Positions 26,775 to 28,122 of a stretch of DNA of 28,122 bases are shown piece after piece. The stretch comes from Pseudomonadota bacterium (GTDB lineage Bacteria > Pseudomonadota > Alphaproteobacteria > M2410). Made by a program: the position numbers and the translations under genes. The notes under the pieces were generated by a model. The model was not told where the DNA came from. It searched no databases and saw nothing but the letters and a program-made list of their open reading frames with translations. Positions within the stretch are counted from its first letter, which is position 1. The number at the start of each line of letters is the position of its first letter. Where the stretch lies: NCBI GenBank assembly GCA_038748465.1, contig JBCDJA010000001.1, forward strand, positions 1-28,122, in the 5' to 3' direction.

Positions 26775-27471
26775 GCGAGCGTTCGCAGCCGGCAAGCTGG
26801 CGCTCATAAACAGAAGCATTGTTTGCCACCCGGCGGGCCGCCTTTTGCAGCCAGGCCTTATTGCGGTAGCTGCCCGACCGATAGCCGCCAAACCCCTCAT
26901 GATAGGCAAGGTACTGACGATAGGCATCCGATTGGGAAAGACCAAGGGTTCGGCTGGCCCGCGATGTGTACCAACCCACAAAATCGACCGCGTCGGAAAA
27001 ATCATCCCGGTCTGCGCCGGGGCGCCTGACATCGCGTTGATAGTCTTCCCAGGTGGGTGTGGTCGCCTGGGCATAGCCATAGGCCGATGAGGGGCGAGGG
27101 CCCGGAATGATGCCCAAGATGCGTTTGCGATCGGGCCGGGCCTTGGCTTCAAACGAGGATTCCTGCCGGATGAAGGCGAGGTTTACCCCGACCGGCAAAC
27201 CCCATCGGTCTTCGGCCCGCTTCATCGCTTTGTACCAGGACCGTTTTTCCTCAAAAATGCCGCAGGCATTGGCCACCTGGTCCGGCGGTGAGGAGGTGCA
27301 GGCAGCAAGCCCTAAGGCTAGTAGCCCCGCAAGCCAGGCGATGGCCCGGGGCCGGCGAGGGCCGCGCGCAGCGCCTTGACGCAGGGACAGGCTGACGGAG
27401 GCCTGACTTGCTTCTTTTGCTTGGGGTGCACCCTGGCGTACTGGGTGCGCCTGCCGGATGTGACAGTGCAT
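26746..27471 (-). CDS. Lytic transglycosylase-like (SLT) lipoprotein
   Basis: Lipobox LGLAA-C and motifs AFIRQESSF, SSAYGYAQA and YLAYHEGFGGY; GAGGTGAG RBS before ATG 27471. Confidence 0.85.
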   Translation of the reverse strand: MHCHIRQAHPVRQGAPQAKEASQASVSLSLRQGAARGPRRPRAIAWLAGLLALGLAACTSSPPDQVANACGIFEEKRSWYKAMKRAEDRWGLPVGVNLAFIRQESSFEAKARPDRKRILGIIPGPRPSSAYGYAQATTPTWEDYQRDVRRPGADRDDFSDAVDFVGWYTSRASRTLGLSQSDAYRQYLAYHEGFGGYRSGSYRNKAWLQKAARRVANNASVYERQLAGCERSLNRSRFLFF

Positions 27472-27550
27472 CGCTCACCTCACGGATCGCCCGAGCCCCG
27501 CCCTTGGTGGTAAAAGACCCATCGAGCGAGGTCAATGCAGGAGAGGCGGG

Positions 27551-28122
27551 ATGCCGGAGCAGATCGGGTTGGTATTGGGGTCGGGCGGCGCCCGGGGATG
27601 GGCCCATCTCGGCGTTATCGAGGAATTGCTCACCGTTGGCATCGAACCGAAACTCGTGGTCGGCGCCTCGATCGGCTCGCTTGTGGGCGCCTTTTATGCC
27701 GCCGATAAATTGGACGAATTGGCCAAATTTGCCCACGGCATCAACCTCACCACCATGGCCGGTTATTTCGATCTGAACTTCTTGCGCGGGGGCCTTATCG
27801 CAGGAGACAAAGTGGGGGATTGGCTGGAGGAGACCTTCGGCGACATCAATATCGAGGATCTACCGATCCGGTTTGGCTGTGTTGCGGCCGATATCAGCAC
27901 CGGGCGGGAGGTGTGGCTGCGCAAGGGGCCGCTGGTGCCGGCGCTGCGGGCCTCGACGGCCTTACCAGGCCTGTTTCCGTCGGTCGGTTATGAGGGGCGA
28001 TGGCTGTCCGATGGGGGCCTTGCCAACCCGGTGCCCGTGTCGCTCGCGCGGTCCATGGGCGCTGATTTTGTGATCGCGGTGGACCTTGATAGCGAGATGA
28101 CCCCCTACGATCCCCCCATGAA
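27551..28122 (+). CDS. Patatin-like phospholipase (RssA-like), 3'-partial
   Basis: My translation from ATG 27551 gives LVLGSGGARGWAHLGV, nucleophile motif GASIG and SDGG. The frame runs off the window end, so it is absent from the ORF track. Confidence 0.92.
   Translation, partial: MPEQIGLVLGSGGARGWAHLGVIEELLTVGIEPKLVVGASIGSLVGAFYAADKLDELAKFAHGINLTTMAGYFDLNFLRGGLIAGDKVGDWLEETFGDINIEDLPIRFGCVAADISTGREVWLRKGPLVPALRASTALPGLFPSVGYEGRWLSDGGLANPVPVSLARSMGADFVIAVDLDSEMTPYDPPM

Overview
This is a GC-rich alphaproteobacterial chromosome segment with no visible mobile element, RNA gene or CRISPR array. In order it holds the 3' end of an Mrp Na+/H+ antiporter operon (mrpD partial, E, F, G), mucR/ros with a long AT-rich upstream region and a terminator, and an uncharacterised Cys-rich secreted protein. 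Next come sufE, a DUF5330-like gene, an orphan cytoplasmic PAS histidine kinase of the PleC/DivJ/PdhS type and a lipoprotein of unknown function. The centre is a minimal cellulose-synthase-like cluster, bcsA-bcsB-bcsC, on the minus strand. It is followed by DUF1491, two lytic transglycosylase (SLT) genes, DUF2336, a stand-alone degenerate EAL protein, NAD kinase, moaA, a class II aldolase/adducin protein, a CoxL/xanthine-dehydrogenase-family Mo subunit and a partial patatin. The main points are: (1) bcsB is split by a single in-frame TAG at 13428-13430, while bcsA and bcsC look intact; (2) the A-B-C cluster has no bcsZ, Q, D or EFG in the window, has a 262-bp repeat- and palindrome-rich gap between bcsA and bcsB, and sits among genes linked to cell cycle and polarity; (3) a probably catalytically dead EAL protein lies near the PilZ-bearing BcsA; (4) a GGTTAG-N6-YTWACC palindrome recurs in three intergenic regions; (5) two neighbouring ORFs begin with the same peptide, MGRTGSTM, encoded by different codons. 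All family calls come from motif recognition by eye; no database searches were run.
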